64,000 bases of DNA from Callorhinchus milii (GCF_018977255.1 NW_024704743.1:61134001-61198000), one strand, 5' to 3'. Shown: positions 36,935-50,215, numbered from the stretch's first letter. The notes: a model not told the origin generated them from the sequence alone. Numbers and translations are program-made.

Positions 36935-37090
36935 GTGAGTGATTCAAAATTAGATGCAGCCATTTGTTATATTGGGATCCATTATGCGATTTATGTAAAC
37001 CATGTGTATTATGCTCCATGTGTAAACGCCTGGCTTCAAATCCATTTTGGCCATTACCCAACCGGTGTTTTCTTCATTAATATTTTACAG

Positions 37091-37247
37091 TTTGTAACTT
37101 ACACCCGGCTGGAAGGGCATTCAGGAGCTGTATATGCTGTTGATGCTATTTATGAAACTGTTGGCTTGGGTGAGGATCCTAAATTGTTGATAGCTTCAGC
37201 AGCAGCAGATTCCTCTGTCAAGATCTGGTCCAAACAGGGTTCTAATG
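37091..37247 (+). CDS. ELP2: ELP2 exon 4
   Basis: TTTTACAG| acceptor, FVTYTRLEGHSGAVYAVDAIY...LIASAAADSSVKIWSKQGSN, donor G|GTAAG, 157 nt. Confidence 0.95.
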
Positions 37248-38011
37248 GTAAGATATTCAACTTGAGTAAAGTCAAAATGTGCTGTTGCAGAATATCAACG
37301 GGATCATATTTAGTCCATTACTACTATTTGTTATAATTTTTCGAATGAAATCTGAATCTAGGATTTTGTGATCCAATATTTTCAACACTTAAATTGTTAA
37401 AAATTTTCATTATGCTATATTGGCTGTGTTGTAAGAACTTTGACAGAAGAACTGTCAGTGCAAATGGTACTATATTTGATGTAGTAACAATATACAATGG
37501 ATCTTTTTAAGAAATTGTTACTCTGGAGATTGTGTACTGTGCTGAAACAATACACTTTTCTTCTATCAGTACGCAACTCTGAAATGCAAATCCTTGTATT
37601 CTAACCCAGATTTACCTGAATAACTATTAGCTTCCTCCTTGATGTGTACAATGAGGCACATCCTCACTAATATACTACCAAAATGTTGTGATGCTTGTGA
37701 TTTTTTTTTCTCAGTTAGTTTAACAGCTTTACAATAATTCTGGCAAAGGGAAGTAATGACATTGGTCCCAATTGTTTTTGCAACTGCAGTAAGATCAGGT
37801 AATAGATCAGCGGTATACTGTAGTATGTTAAAAATCATAATTGAATGAATGGTTCTTTATCTAGTTAATAGCTATTTATTCAACTTGGACTTAATAGCTG
37901 ACTTTTCAGGATATACAGATTCTGATTTGAAGTATTTCTTAATTTCCAGTACATTTTGTTTCTATCAGCGTAATGCAAAATTAACCAACATTGTTTGGTG
38001 TTTATGTTCAG

Positions 38012-38089
38012 GTAAATGTGTCCAAACTCTGTCATTTGGAAGTGGCTTTATACTGGATGTTACCTTAGCCCGATTGCCAGGTAGTGATG
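38012..38089 (+). CDS. ELP2: ELP2 exon 5
   Basis: TTCAG| acceptor, GKCVQTLSFGSGFILDVTLARLPGSD, donor G|GTAAGT, 78 nt. Confidence 0.93.
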
Positions 38090-39348
38090 GTAAGTGCCTT
38101 TGTTTAAACTGAATTGCTGGGATTTTATGGATATATTGGAGTGCATGTCATATCCCTGTCATTGCAAATTTGGTTCTACTCAGTTTTATTTGTATGTTTA
38201 AGCAGATTGCAGTTTTCTGTTGAAAGCACAGCTTAAACGCAGCACTACTAATGTACCTTTCCACTAGTGAACGCAATGAACTTTACCAGATCATGACACT
38301 GCTTGCCTGAACTGTACTACAGCGTTTCTACTTTATGTTGTATGGTGTTGTAACTTCCTGTAAGTTTCGCTGGCAAAGAATCAATGAAAATGTGTTCGAA
38401 CAGAAGTGTGACAGGGGAGTGTTTTCCAGATTATTGACCTAGGTCCAAATTCAGACCATCTAGTACAGGGATTGAAATGTCTATACAAAGGAAAGCCTTG
38501 GAAAAGAGCAGCAATCGTGTGTTTTAGATAAAGTGGCATTGTTTTGTTAGCTGGGTGTCTAATACATGTGGAAACTTAGCAACATATTTAAGAATATCCA
38601 AATGAAAATAAGATTTCCACATTATGCCACTTACACATGGAAATTGGCCTGTGCATTCTCTCCCTCGACGTACATACCCTGCTGACCTAATTCTGGAGAG
38701 TATTAAGCACAGGTTAGCAAAATCCTAACCTGTGCCTTGGGATTTCAGAAGCCTCAGTGGGGTATTGCTGGAGTTAAACCAGGTAAACTGTAAAACTTGC
38801 CATTGAAATCAATGTTTAGCAAGTTTCTTGTCTCTTGTCCAGCTTGAACCCAACTAACCATTGGAACAAAAACAGAAGTCACTGGGAACACTCAGCAAGT
38901 CAGGCAGCATCTATGGAGAAAGGGAAGTGAGTCGAACCAAACCATTGGAGCTTTGGTTTACAGGATTAACAAAAGATGAGTGTGAATAATGGCTGCTCCC
39001 AGTCTGCTCCTCCAAGTCCTGTTGGTGAGTCAGGTCAGATGGCTTGGCTACAGTAGTGCCCTGCAGTACTGCAGACCTGCTTGTCTCAGGAGCCTGACTT
39101 CTGAGACTGCCACAGAGGTTTAACTTGATTCTGCCACTCTGTTTCCAAGCCAGCTCAGCTCCAAGAAGACCTCATTATTATTATTATTATTGTTACTATT
39201 ATTATTATGTATCACCACTCGTTTGTGAGAGTGGTTATGGAGTTATTCTATTCTTTTCAGTGGGTTTAGCACTTCTGTCTGGGAGTTAATGTGATGCTGG
39301 AGAAGTGTAATTGTTCTGTTGGTCTCATTTTACATTGTCTGATTCCAG

Positions 39349-39413
39349 CTTTGATTCTTGCTTGTGGTGGTGATGATGGCAAAGTTCACTTGTACATTCA
39401 AGAAGGTGAACAA
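39349..39413 (+). CDS. ELP2: ELP2 exon 6
   Basis: TTCCAG| acceptor, ALILACGGDDGKVHLYIQEGEQ, donor CAA|GTGAGT, 65 nt. Confidence 0.94.
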
Positions 39414-39729
39414 GTGAGTATTCATTATTTAATAAAAGTGTGTTCATGGATGCATGTTATTTTGCTTCCATTTTTTCTGTTATTATTTTAGAAAAATAAT
39501 TCAAAGTTTTCCCACAAATAAAATGGCATACTGTATGTGTGTAACAGCTTAGATTTCTAAATAGCGACTGTTCATGTCTCACACAGGGAATATGTGGTGG
39601 TGATTGTTTAATGAGGTCTCTTATAAACCATGTTTAAAACCATATTTTTTTTAAACCATGTTTAAAACTTTTAAACCATGTTTAAAACATGGAGATAGAT
39701 GTATAGAACATTATGTGTGAAATGTGTGA

Positions 39730-40040
39730 AAGTCCTGTAGCTCAGTGGTTAGAGCACTCGCTTTGCAAGCGAGAGACCTGAGTTCAATTCCAGGCAGAGG
39801 GCGAAACCTTGGGCAAGTTTCCTTCACACAGAGCCTAATAATAATCCCTCCAAAACAAAACAATAATAAATTGGCCATTTTCAATCTACGACTGTGTGTG
39901 GGACATTGCTGTGCGCAATTGGCTGCCGCGTTCGCCCACAAATATACAGTCAATTCACTTTACAGTGTGTTCTGTGAAGCGCTTTGGGACATCCTCCCGA
40001 CGTGAAAAACGTTATATCAAATGCAAGGATTAAATTATTA
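39730..40040 (+). mobile_element. tRNA(Ala)-derived SINE, full length (ELP2 intron 6)
   Basis: Highly similar to 8512-8839. Perfect anticodon-like stem CTCGC/GCGAG with a TGC loop. Confidence 0.92.
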
Positions 40041-40240
40041 AATACTTGAAGGGAAATGTGTAAATTATGCATGTGTAGTGACTGGCAGTTGCAATAATTT
40101 TGTAATTAAGGTTTGTTCATTACATAATAAATCTTCTGGATTAGTTAATTACAAAATTAATAGAAGATGATTTTCTGGACCTGATATGCACATGGTTTAC
40201 ACAACACAAGCTGAAAAGTAACTTGTGGCTGGTGGTATAG

Positions 40241-40307
40241 TTTCAGAAAATCCAGTCGCTCGTGGGTCATGAAGACTGGGTCAGAGGGGTGGAGTGGGCT
40301 GCACATG
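40241..40307 (+). CDS. ELP2: ELP2 exon 7
   Basis: TATAG| acceptor, FQKIQSLVGHEDWVRGVEWAAH with the conserved GHEDWVR motif, donor G|GTAAGT, 67 nt. Confidence 0.93.
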
Positions 40308-41028
40308 GTAAGTGAAGAACACTAGAAACTAACTAAAAGCGGTATCCATCACTGAGCTGCAATTTACAGTGCCCTTTTTTACATCATGAGACTGGCTGAA
40401 GAGTGTAATGGTGATCTGCAGTTATCTGCTTATGGATCTTATTCACTTATACCTGTGTTTTTGGTTCGTCTAAAGTGAATGAATTTTATATAATGAGCTT
40501 GATGTTGTCATTTTTTGGTATCTTCAATATATTTACCACTGCCCAAACCCAGTCGTGTATGGTTCCACAGGAGCCTGCATTTCTCCTTTCCTTACAGCAG
40601 GGATCATAGGATATAGATTTTTGTTTGATTTCTCTCTCACCCTTTTTTTCTCATTAGGACAGGGTGTTTAAGCAAGTTGCAGCACTCCTTCTGAGATAAG
40701 CTAACAGCTTAATGAAGGGACTTAGAAGTCATAAAGACTATGTACCATGCTGGCAGTGCACTTGCCCACTTACCCACTGCACAAGCAGGCAAATGTCAGA
40801 ATTTGGTGCTTTTTAAAAACATTTTAATTTGACACATTTTCCCTCCTGTCCTATTTTAGCTTCAAAAAGCATTTCAACATCTGACTTGTAGTTATTCAAG
40901 ACTTTCAGACTATTGAGTGTTGTTATCTATTGCAGAGACTTGATTTATTTAAGGAAGTTTTTGAAAAAGTTTATTCATTGCACAACCCTTATTTGTTTTT
41001 CATATGGTTTTGATTTGCACTGTAACAG

Positions 41029-41172
41029 ATGGGAATCTTTTATTGGCAAGCTGTTCACAAGACTGCATGATTCGAATATGGAGAATTTATATCAGGCGAG
41101 AATCTACTTACAAAGAGTACAATGAGAACATTATCAAACTTAAGGAGGACATATTTCATGTTACAAGTGACA
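41029..41172 (+). CDS. ELP2: ELP2 exon 8
   Basis: AACAG| acceptor, DGNLLLASCSQDCMIRIWRIYIRRESTYKEYNENIIKLKEDIFHVTSD, donor A|GTAAGT, 144 nt. Confidence 0.95.
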
Positions 41173-42250
41173 GTAAGTATTAAAGGCATTCTCAAGTTTC
41201 GTATTGATTATGCCCCTGACTGACAGAGTAATAATACATGTAATAAACATCTGAAGTTACATAGCATCATTTTTGTAATACAGTAAAACTCAAATAAGTC
41301 ATATCAGTTGGGACCATAACATTTAATATAACTTATGCAAAGTATGAGTTAGGGCAAACTTGCAAGTCATATCATATTTGACTTATGTAAAGTTATTTAA
41401 AAATTGGATCTTGTATGATTAACACAACAAATGCACAAGTACTGTACTGGCTGGTGACATTAAGGCAAGGTTTATGTACCATGTTTAACCCATGCATATT
41501 AAAGCCGTGGTAGTCCATTACCGGAATTGCAGCTGGTAAGTGCGCATGTGATGATGGGTCGGGACTTAGTTTCCTGTGATTCTTCCTCATGGAGCACCTT
41601 GCATGCTACTTAAAGGCCAATAAGTGCGCATGTGGTTTGCCCTCCACATGATCAGGCATTCTCCATCCCCTCACTCACCATGTGATCAGGTGATATTCTT
41701 TTCTCAGCCCTTTTCTCATTTTATAATTGCCTGTTGATTTATGAATTTTTNAATGATAGACAATATTGATACATCGATTTTTAGCGTATTATAAAACATT
41801 CACAATGTCAAAGAGCAGTTGAATTCTATTCAACTATTGTCCGCTTGTTCAGGTTGGATGTCAAAGAGAAGAGAGTTTCTCTTTGTGTTCCCCCAAATAA
41901 AGTTGGTTATTCACTTCACAGTTGGTTGTGGGACATTGCCATGTGCAAATTGGCTTCCATATTCGCCTACAAATAAACAGTCACCACATTTCACAGTAAA
42001 ATCCTGTGCAAGTGCTTTGAGATGTCTTGACAATGTAATAAGGCACATATCAAATACAAGGATTATTATGTTACTATTATTCTATTATAGGCAAAACAGA
42101 TTCCTAAATAAAATTAAATATTTGTAACCATTTTTACTTTTTTGATTTGGGCAGTAGCATAGATTGGACCTTTTCTGGTTTATGTAATTTTAAAACCAAT
42201 TCAACTAAATCATTATCTGTGATATAACCTAATTTATTCTCTTTTGCTAG

Positions 42251-42346
42251 AAGGAGCAGTGACATATGCAGCAACTCTGGAGACTGTGCTAGCAGGTCAT
42301 GAGAACTGGGTTTATGGAATACATTGGCAGCCCCCGTTTCACAAAG
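42251..42346 (+). CDS. ELP2: ELP2 exon 9
   Basis: TTTTGCTAG| acceptor (NAGNAG: TAGAAG), [32 protein letters not shown], donor G|GTACG, 96 nt. Confidence 0.94.
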
Positions 42347-44074
42347 GTACGAATGAAAGTAACCGACTTGCAAATAGCTTATCAAAGATCAATGGATTTT
42401 GGTTAATACAATAATTTTAGTGCACAAATTTGGTGCTGGAAGGTACCTATTCAAATCCATCAGTAATGTACCTGAAACTATGCATTTCATGGGTCTAAAA
42501 TGTGCAGAAACCCCTCACCATACTTAGGAGTATCCAAGCCAAACTTGAGAACCCCATGTGTCCCACCTACATATGGAAATCGCAGAGATAGATTGTTGGA
42601 ATGGAGTCCCTGGGGGTCTCATCCTGCTCACCTAATTCCATAAAGTATTGGCAAGAGCCGTGGCTTGGGGACTCCAGAGTGTGTGTTAGGGTACTGCTAG
42701 CGTCTAACCAGCTAAAAACGCATAGTTTTCAGGTCTATACTTTTAAATTTGGAGACATTCCCCTTAAAATCTTAGTGCGACTTTGCCTTTCTAGGAACTT
42801 CACCTGAATATCCCTGCATATTCTTTCGAACAAAAGATTTCTGACCTTGTTTTTCTGTGAAAAGTACTATTGTACGTTGTAATATTATTGATACTAATAA
42901 TAGCTTTTGGTTCCAAATATGCTATTTTTGAGGCAGTTGCAGACTAACCTCCAATACAATGGTTTCTTTCCCCCATTAGCCCCCCCGCCAAAAAAAACCT
43001 CACATACCTGAGGTGATGTAGCTGAACAAAGTCACTTTAGGACCATTGACAAAGTGGAAGCAATTGTTTTGTTGATTCAAGTTGTATTTTGTGTGACCCT
43101 GGTGGTTGATAAAATCCTTGCATTTGAGTTTATCCTCAGTGACTCAGATAACTTACCCTCTCCAGGTCATACTCAAATCATGGTCTCAATGGCACTTCAG
43201 CAGAATTGGAGCTGCAGGTTATAATGGTAACTTTAAAATCTAAAGTTAACCAGTTAGCCAGTCATTCATTTTTGCCTAAAATATTGTAGAAGCTGACTTG
43301 TATTGTTATGTGGGTAGGGGTTGTAGTTGGAGTGGTATTGTTTTTAATAACAGCTTCAATTTGTACCATATTGTAAAAATGTGAATGTACTCAATGGTGT
43401 TCTTTGTTTACTGTATATTCCTACAAAATGTAAATACTGTAGACTCTACAATCTGTATTTGGAAGTAATACATAAAACTTGTTTGAGTGGGATTTTTTTT
43501 GGTTTCTTTATTCGAGTATTTTATTTGAAGTTATCCATTGGTGCAGGATTAGTGGTCAAGGATTCGTGGCTGAAATTTTGTTTTGGAAGTGGGAACAGAT
43601 TGGTAACTGAGCTTATCACTGTTTATGCTCTGTGATATCCCCAAGGTGATGAGTCTTCACCTGTCCATAATAATCTGAAGGCAAAGTACTGCAGATGCTG
43701 GATCACAGCGATTTCTGTGTTTATACCATAAGAATCTGTTATTTGATCTGATAACTAAAGTGGATTTAAAAATTCTGCTTATATTTAAAGTAGACTTAGA
43801 ATGGAAAAAAATATTTTTACCTACTTTTTAATGGTATAGTAGTTATATTATTATATTTAATAATATTTGGCTTGGTTGTAGAGACAGCTTCTGGTTAGTA
43901 CCCTTTGTTCATGTTCCTATTATTTGGGCAAGGCAATGTGTAAGAAGATGCATATAATGCACATTTACATGTAGCAAATATGTAGGAATAAAGGAAGACG
44001 GGAACAGGAGGAGACCATTCAGCCCATGAAGTCGGTTCTTTCAATTTATTAGATCTTGGCAGATCTTTAAACAA

Positions 44075-44765
44075 CAATAAATTGCATTAGTATAGGGCCT
44101 TTCGCATTGGGAGGACATCACAAGGTGCTGGACAGTACAGGATTTGGACCCTATCAGGAGGGGTGGAGGGCAGGGAGGGTAGGGGTAGGAGGGCAGCCGA
44201 AGATGAGGTTGAAGATAAGGGTCTTGAGACGTGCCTTAAAGGAGGCAAGGAAGGGAGCAAGGCGAAGGAACTATGAGATGGAGTTCCAAAGGGTGAGGGC
44301 AGAGAGGCTGAAGCCTCGACCGGTGGGGTGGGCCGGACCGGGCTGGGGATGTGGAGCAGGCCACAGCCTGTTGAACGGAGGGAGTGGACAGGTTTATATG
44401 GCGTTAGCAGGTCACAGAGGAGCAAAGTCATGGAGGCTTTTCGGTGAGCATTTTGAACTCTATCCTTGGGGAAGGGGGACGGGGAGTCAGTGGAGCCGGG
44501 CGAGGGTGGGGTTATTAGTGCTACGGAGCTTGATGCCGGTGAGGACATGAGCTGCAGAGTTCTGGATGATCTGCAGCTTGTGGAGGGAAGAATTGGGAAG
44601 TCCAACAATTACAACAACTTGCATTTATATTGCGCCCCGTATGCAGGGTAGGGAGCAAGGAGTTGGCGTAGTCGAGCCTCAATGCAATAAATGCGCAGAT
44701 AGGGTTTTGGCGGTCTGAGGGGAGAGGCAGTGGTGGAGCTGGGCAATTTTGTGGAGGTGGGGTCA
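44075..44765 (-). mobile_element. L2 LINE 3' fragment, with a short extra tail inserted near 44605-44645
   Basis: Similarity to the other L2 copies (RLDYANSLL, KLQIIQNSAA, LCDLLTPY) and an L2 tail. Confidence 0.82.
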
Positions 44766-45165
44766 TGACTTGGATGTAATCCCAAACCACGGCCCCTTTG
44801 CCATAGTCTTTATATCTCTACTAACCAAGTATCTGTGTCATTTGCTCTTAAAAACAAGCTTATTGATTCTGGCTCTAGCTTTCTGTGGAAGAGCATTCCA
44901 CGTCTTCACATCTCTCATGTTTAGATGCTTTCTGACCCCAATTCCAACTTTTATTTCTGATTTTCATTGTTTTAAATACCTCAATCAAATCACCCCTTAA
45001 CCTCTTCTTTAAGGAATATAACCTTAGTTTACACAGCGTCTCGTCATAGCTGAGCTTCTAAAACCCAGGTATTAGTCTAGTGAATAGTCAATGGATCTTT
45101 TCCAATCTTTCATTTTATTCTGTGCGTGTTTAACACACAAAAGTCTTTGTTTGCTTTTCCTATAG

Positions 45166-45266
45166 ATGGCAGACTTGAACAACCATTGTCTCTGTTGTCT
45201 GCATCAATGGATAAAACAATGATTCTGTGGGCTCCAGATGAGGAGTCTGGTGTATGGCTGGAACAG
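45166..45266 (+). CDS. ELP2: ELP2 exon 10
   Basis: CCTATAG| acceptor, [34 protein letters not shown], donor CAG|GTAAGA, 101 nt. Confidence 0.97.
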
Positions 45267-45377
45267 GTAAGATTTGTAACCCACTTCTTGCTGAATTGTG
45301 ATTATTCATGTGGTTCTATAAATCCTATCCCTAATTTTGCATTGGACAGCTTTGTCTAAACCTTTGGGCAGCTTTGC

Positions 45378-45572
45378 CTAAAAGGCTTCTCCTCCAGTCC
45401 CCGAACCATCTTGTGCGGTGTTTCTCGGGGTTTTGTCCTTGGTCCTCACCAATTCAACATGTATATGCTCCTTCTTGGTGACATCCGCAGACATGGGGTC
45501 AGCTTCCACATGTATGTGCATGACACCCAACTCTATTGACTCCAGGACAATTGCTGTCCTGACAGGATGTGT
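45378..45572 (+). mobile_element. Short internal L2 fragment
   Basis: Matches the L2 RT region (GGTGACATCCGCAGACATGGGGTCAGCTTCCACATGTATG...GACACCCAACTCTA). Confidence 0.75.
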
Positions 45573-45672
45573 CACATACACTTAAATACTCTGCTTAGAG
45601 CATGTTGGCATTGAATGTTGAAAAACAGTTGCTTAATGTATGAAGCCCTTTGTTTTTTGCAGAAATTATAAC

Positions 45673-46027
45673 AATAATAATCGTTGCATTTGATATAATA
45701 CCTTAACGTCTTTGAGATGCCCCAAAGCGCTTCACAGAATAAACTAAAGTGAATTGACTGTATATTTTGTGGGTGAAGCGTAGCAGCCAATTGCGCATAA
45801 CAGTGTCCCACATACAGTTGTGGATTGTGCAAAATTTTTATTTTTTTGAAGGAATTATTACTCTTGGAAAAACGATCCACCAATCAACTAACAACCGGGT
45901 TCCCACTTACTGCTAGGTAAACAGGCATGTGGAGTAAGGAAACTTCCTCAACATTTCGCCCTGCCAGGGTTTTGATCCCAGACCTTCGCTTGCGAGGCGA
46001 GTGCGCTAACCACTGAGCTACAGGATC
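45673..46027 (-). mobile_element. tRNA-derived SINE, full length (ELP2 intron 10)
   Basis: Reverse-complement head CCTGTAGCTCAGTGGTTAGCGCACTCGCC through the tail. Confidence 0.88.
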
Positions 46028-46361
46028 TACTGTATCCATTATTTGCTTTATCAAATATTGTTTTGTTGAGACAATGCAACATAGGAAAGGAACTGTGTAC
46101 TTTCATCAGGATTGGTGGTATGTAATGGCTTATCGTGAGCTTTTACCCCCAAGCTATCTTCATAGAATCATATACCATTACAGCATAGAAACAAACCATT
46201 TGGTCCATCAAGTCTGTATTAATGTTTATCTTCACATGTGCTAAAATGGTATAATAATAATACTTGGGTTTCATATAATTTATGCTGTTGAATAATCAAT
46301 GGATTTCATATAGTTATTGTTGAAACGTCTCAAAAGCGCTTCAGAGGATTTACAGTAAATC

Positions 46362-46746
46362 GTAGAATTATACAACACAGAAGGAAGCCATTTGGGCCAT
46401 CATGTCTGTGCTGGCTCTTTGAAAAGAGCTTCCAAATCAATCCCACTCCTTTGCTCTCTCCCCATATCCCTGCAAACTTGTCCTCCTCAAATAATTATCT
46501 AATTCTCTCTTAAAAGTTGTTATCGAATCGGTTTCCACCACACTTTCAGGCAATATATTCCAGATCCGAACAACTCGCTATATGAAAAGTGTTCTCCTCA
46601 CCTCCCCTCTGTTTCTTTTAACAACTTCTTTTACTGACCCACCCGCCAGTGGAAATAGTTTCTCCTTGTTCACCCTATCGAATCCCCTCAGAATTTTGAA
46701 AACTTCTATCAAGTCTCCTCTTAAACTTCTCTGCTCCAAGGAGAAT
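46362..46746 (-). mobile_element. CR1 3' end, same subfamily as 24333-24720
   Basis: Collinear similarity to 24350-24720. Confidence 0.85.
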
Positions 46747-46859
46747 AATGGAGCTTAAAGGGTTGTGATATGATTGATTTTTGAGCTGAAGTTTTTTTTA
46801 AATAGAAAAATGTTTTTATTCTGTAGGATTTATATAGTGCAATGCTATTATATGCGTCA

Positions 46860-47285
46860 TCGGTATTTGTAGGTGAACAATGCAGCCAATTTGGTCAGAG
46901 GCGTCCCACAAACAGGTAAGAAGTGAATTGACCAATGTTGTCCTGGAATTGTTGGCTTGGAAGAAACACCTTTTGAAAAATCCCAAGGGATCTTTAAAGT
47001 CCACCTGAACAGGCAGATGTGACCATGGTTTAATGTATCATCCGAAGGATGGCATCTTTGACAATACAATGTTTCTCCTCCTGTTGTACAGGAGTGATAG
47101 CTTAGAACAGGCATGGCCTGAGTGACTGTTCTGTGCATAATAATAATCCTTGCATTTGATATAGCCCCTGTGTAATGTGGGCTGCCAGTTGGATCCCTGG
47201 CCTAGAATATGAGCTCAAATTCCTGATGTGAGGCTTGAGCCCAAAACCTCTGATTCAGAGGCAAAAGTACAACAGAACCAGGTTG
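46860..47285 (-). mobile_element. Old Deu-type SINE, interrupted
   Basis: GGGATCTTTAAAGTCCACCTGAACAGGCAGA...GGTTTAATGTATCATCCGAAGGATGGCA core and tRNA-like head near 47230-47285. Confidence 0.65.
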
Positions 47286-48329
47286 ACATCAATCACCCTC
47301 TAATTTTTACAATAAACAATGAATTAAGTGGAATAGCACTGTTGCTGACCCTCAATGCTGCACTCTTCAAGCAGCAAACTGAGCAGCAACTCATTCCAGC
47401 TGAGCTGAACCATTGCGTTGTCAAAGTCCATATACAACAGAACGCTGGTTTACAAAAAAAATCTACTAAATGTCAAGTGACTTGACTCACTGGATTTTCC
47501 CCTGTTGTTAACTGGACCTTGGTAGTTGGGTGGCATATCAGTGATTTTTTAGTTCAATTTTTTTTATATAGAAAAGTGTTTTTATTCTGTGGGATTTATA
47601 TAATGAAATACTGTTATTTGGTTCATACTACTTCCTGGGGTGTGATACTGTTAGTGAGTTCATTGTCATAAGTGTGTTCTAAAAATAGTCACTGAGGTTA
47701 AAATGTCAGTATCCCCTCCAGCTGATTAGAAATATACCTATTGTATTCCAATTTAATGCATTATTAAAAACATTCTATATTTTTAACATAGCACATCATG
47801 CATGTGGCCACTGCCCCTGTGTCCTACTTCCTGCTTTGTATAAATTGCAAATTTCATGGAGCTTAAATGGAAAATACAGGGGAATGAATTATTTAACTCA
47901 TGGAGTTACCTTAAACGTTCTATCAATAATACCATATATAGAGCAACCACATTATAATACACTCTAGTCTAATGTTGACTTGATTAATACACTGGTGTCC
48001 TGTAGGCCTGCATTACCCAGATGTGGAGTGCACCTGGCATCCAGCGCTGACTAGCCAATTTCTTTCCAAATTCAGGGTGGTTGGACCACCACTGGTGTCA
48101 CTTTGTGTGCATTGAGTGGTATATAAATCACTTATATAAATTGTTGGTTAGACTACAGTTAGAAGATTATGTTCAGTTTTGGTCACTCCACTATAGGAAG
48201 GATATCAAGCCAATAGAGGGGGTGCTGAGGAGATTTTGCTAGGATGATACCAGGATAACTGGTTTGGCCTATGAGCAGGCAGTGGAGGAATTGGAAGTTT
48301 TTCTATTGCAACAAAGAAGGTTAATAAAG

Positions 48330-49437
48330 CAGTCGCTCTCCTCAGGTTCTGTTCCTCTCCCCCTTAAAAAAAAAGCTGTCATCACTCCCCTCCTCAAAAA
48401 ACCCACCCTTGACCCTGACAACCTAACAAATTACCATCCCATTTCCAATGTGCCCTTCGTTGCCAAAACTCTGGAATGCGTTGTCACTAACCAGCTTTGC
48501 TCACACGTCTCCCTCCACCCCCTCCCTCCAGTCTGGTTTCCGCCTTGCCCATAGCACAGAGACGGCGCTTTTCAAGGTTACAAACGACGTCCTCTCTCTC
48601 TCTGCCTTCTTGTCCTCCTGGACCTCTCCACCACGACCACGCCAACCTCATCCACCACCTCTCCTCCATCATCCACCTGTTAGGACCCCACTAGCCTGGT
48701 TTGAGTCCTACCTAACAAATTGTCTTCACTTTGTCTCTTCAAACAGTTTCTCTTCCCGCCCCTGCCAAGTCACCTATGGTGTACCACAGGGCTCCATCCT
48801 TGTCCCCCTCCTCTTCCTCATCTAAATGCTCCCTCTTCGCGATGTCATCCGCAGACATGGAGTAAACTTCCATATGTATGTGGATGATGCACAAATCTAC
48901 TTCTCCTCCTCCAGCTGTGACTCCAGGGCTGCCGATGTCTGTCAGCTTGTCTGGCAGACATCAGGGCCAGGATGAGTGCAAACTACTTGCAACAAAATGT
49001 CGACAAGAGGGAAGCCATACTCCTTGGCTCCCATCAACCTCTCCTGTCCTCCGGCTCCGACCTCGTCAACCTTCCCGGCCTCTCCCTCAGACTCACTGAT
49101 CCAGTATGTAACCGAGGCGTCAGGTTTGACCCATAGCTGTCTTTCCTTCCCCACATCCTGTCCCTGTCCAGGACTACCTTCCTCCACCTCCATCACATTG
49201 TCCAACTCCGACTGTACCTTACCCCAGACAAATACTCACCTGCACTAAACTTGGTACCCCTATCACACCAGTTCTAGACGGGCTCCACTGACGGCGAACG
49301 GATTAATTTCAAGATCCTCACGCTCGTTTTTAAATCCCTTCATGGACTGGCACCTCCCTACCTCTCCGACCTGCTTACTCCCCGACTCACTATCCGCTGC
49401 CTCCACTCGACTGAATCAGGCCTCGTGCATGTCCCTC
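48330..49437 (+). mobile_element. L2 LINE fragment, decayed
   Basis: KKAVITPLLKKPTLDP..NYHPISNVPF, QSGFRLAHSTETAL, GVPQGSIL. Confidence 0.87.
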
Positions 49438-50215
49438 GTACATTTTACGGGACATTGTAATACGTTGGGCATATTGAATTATAGGCCTTTTTCCTTGATT
49501 CTGCACTTTATAGATTGTGACAGAAAATGCTTTGGTTCCCAGAGTTGGTTTAATACTGTATCTGCAGAAATCAGGACAGGATAGAAATATTGTTGATTGG
49601 TATTTTAAAACAAATTGGGGAGTACTGTTTTCTCACACTTGAGCAGTTTGTATGTATTGCATTAAATGACCTGTTGGAAAAGATCAATGAAAACTGATAA
49701 AATTACAGAATTACTATTGAAAGCTTTGGCTTGAATAAAATATTTTGTTGTTGTAGGACACTGATTGGCGCAGAGATGATAAATGACAGTGTTGAATATC
49801 CTGGTGGAAACGGATGAGTGTAATTTTTTTTCATGATTGCAGGTGTTCTCTAAGTGATTTCCCATTATAATGTAACAAAATTAATTTGTGGATGTAATTA
49901 ATGGAAAGCCATCACAAATTCTGAATCCTGCTGTAAATCTTTGGTTGACTGCAGGAATTGCATCTGTCAGCAGTAGTTTTTTTTGTATTTAAACAAAAAT
50001 TTTGCTGCTTTTTCTTTCCAGACTAGTTCTTAAAATAATAAACTGAACAGCCTTTAACCATTTCTTGTACTTTTAGATTGGTAATTTTGGAGTAAATAAC
50101 CAAATATTTTTAATGACCACATCTGTTTCAGAAGTGGGAACGTTTCTTTAACGAGCACATGTTTGTATCTACCAGTTGTTGCGTATGGCTCAGGGTCCAG
50201 GTTATCCTCATATTT

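Noticed and set aside
39623..39692. Triple imperfect repeat of TAAACCATGTTTAAAAC
   Set aside because: Short AT-rich slippage repeat with no evidence of function.
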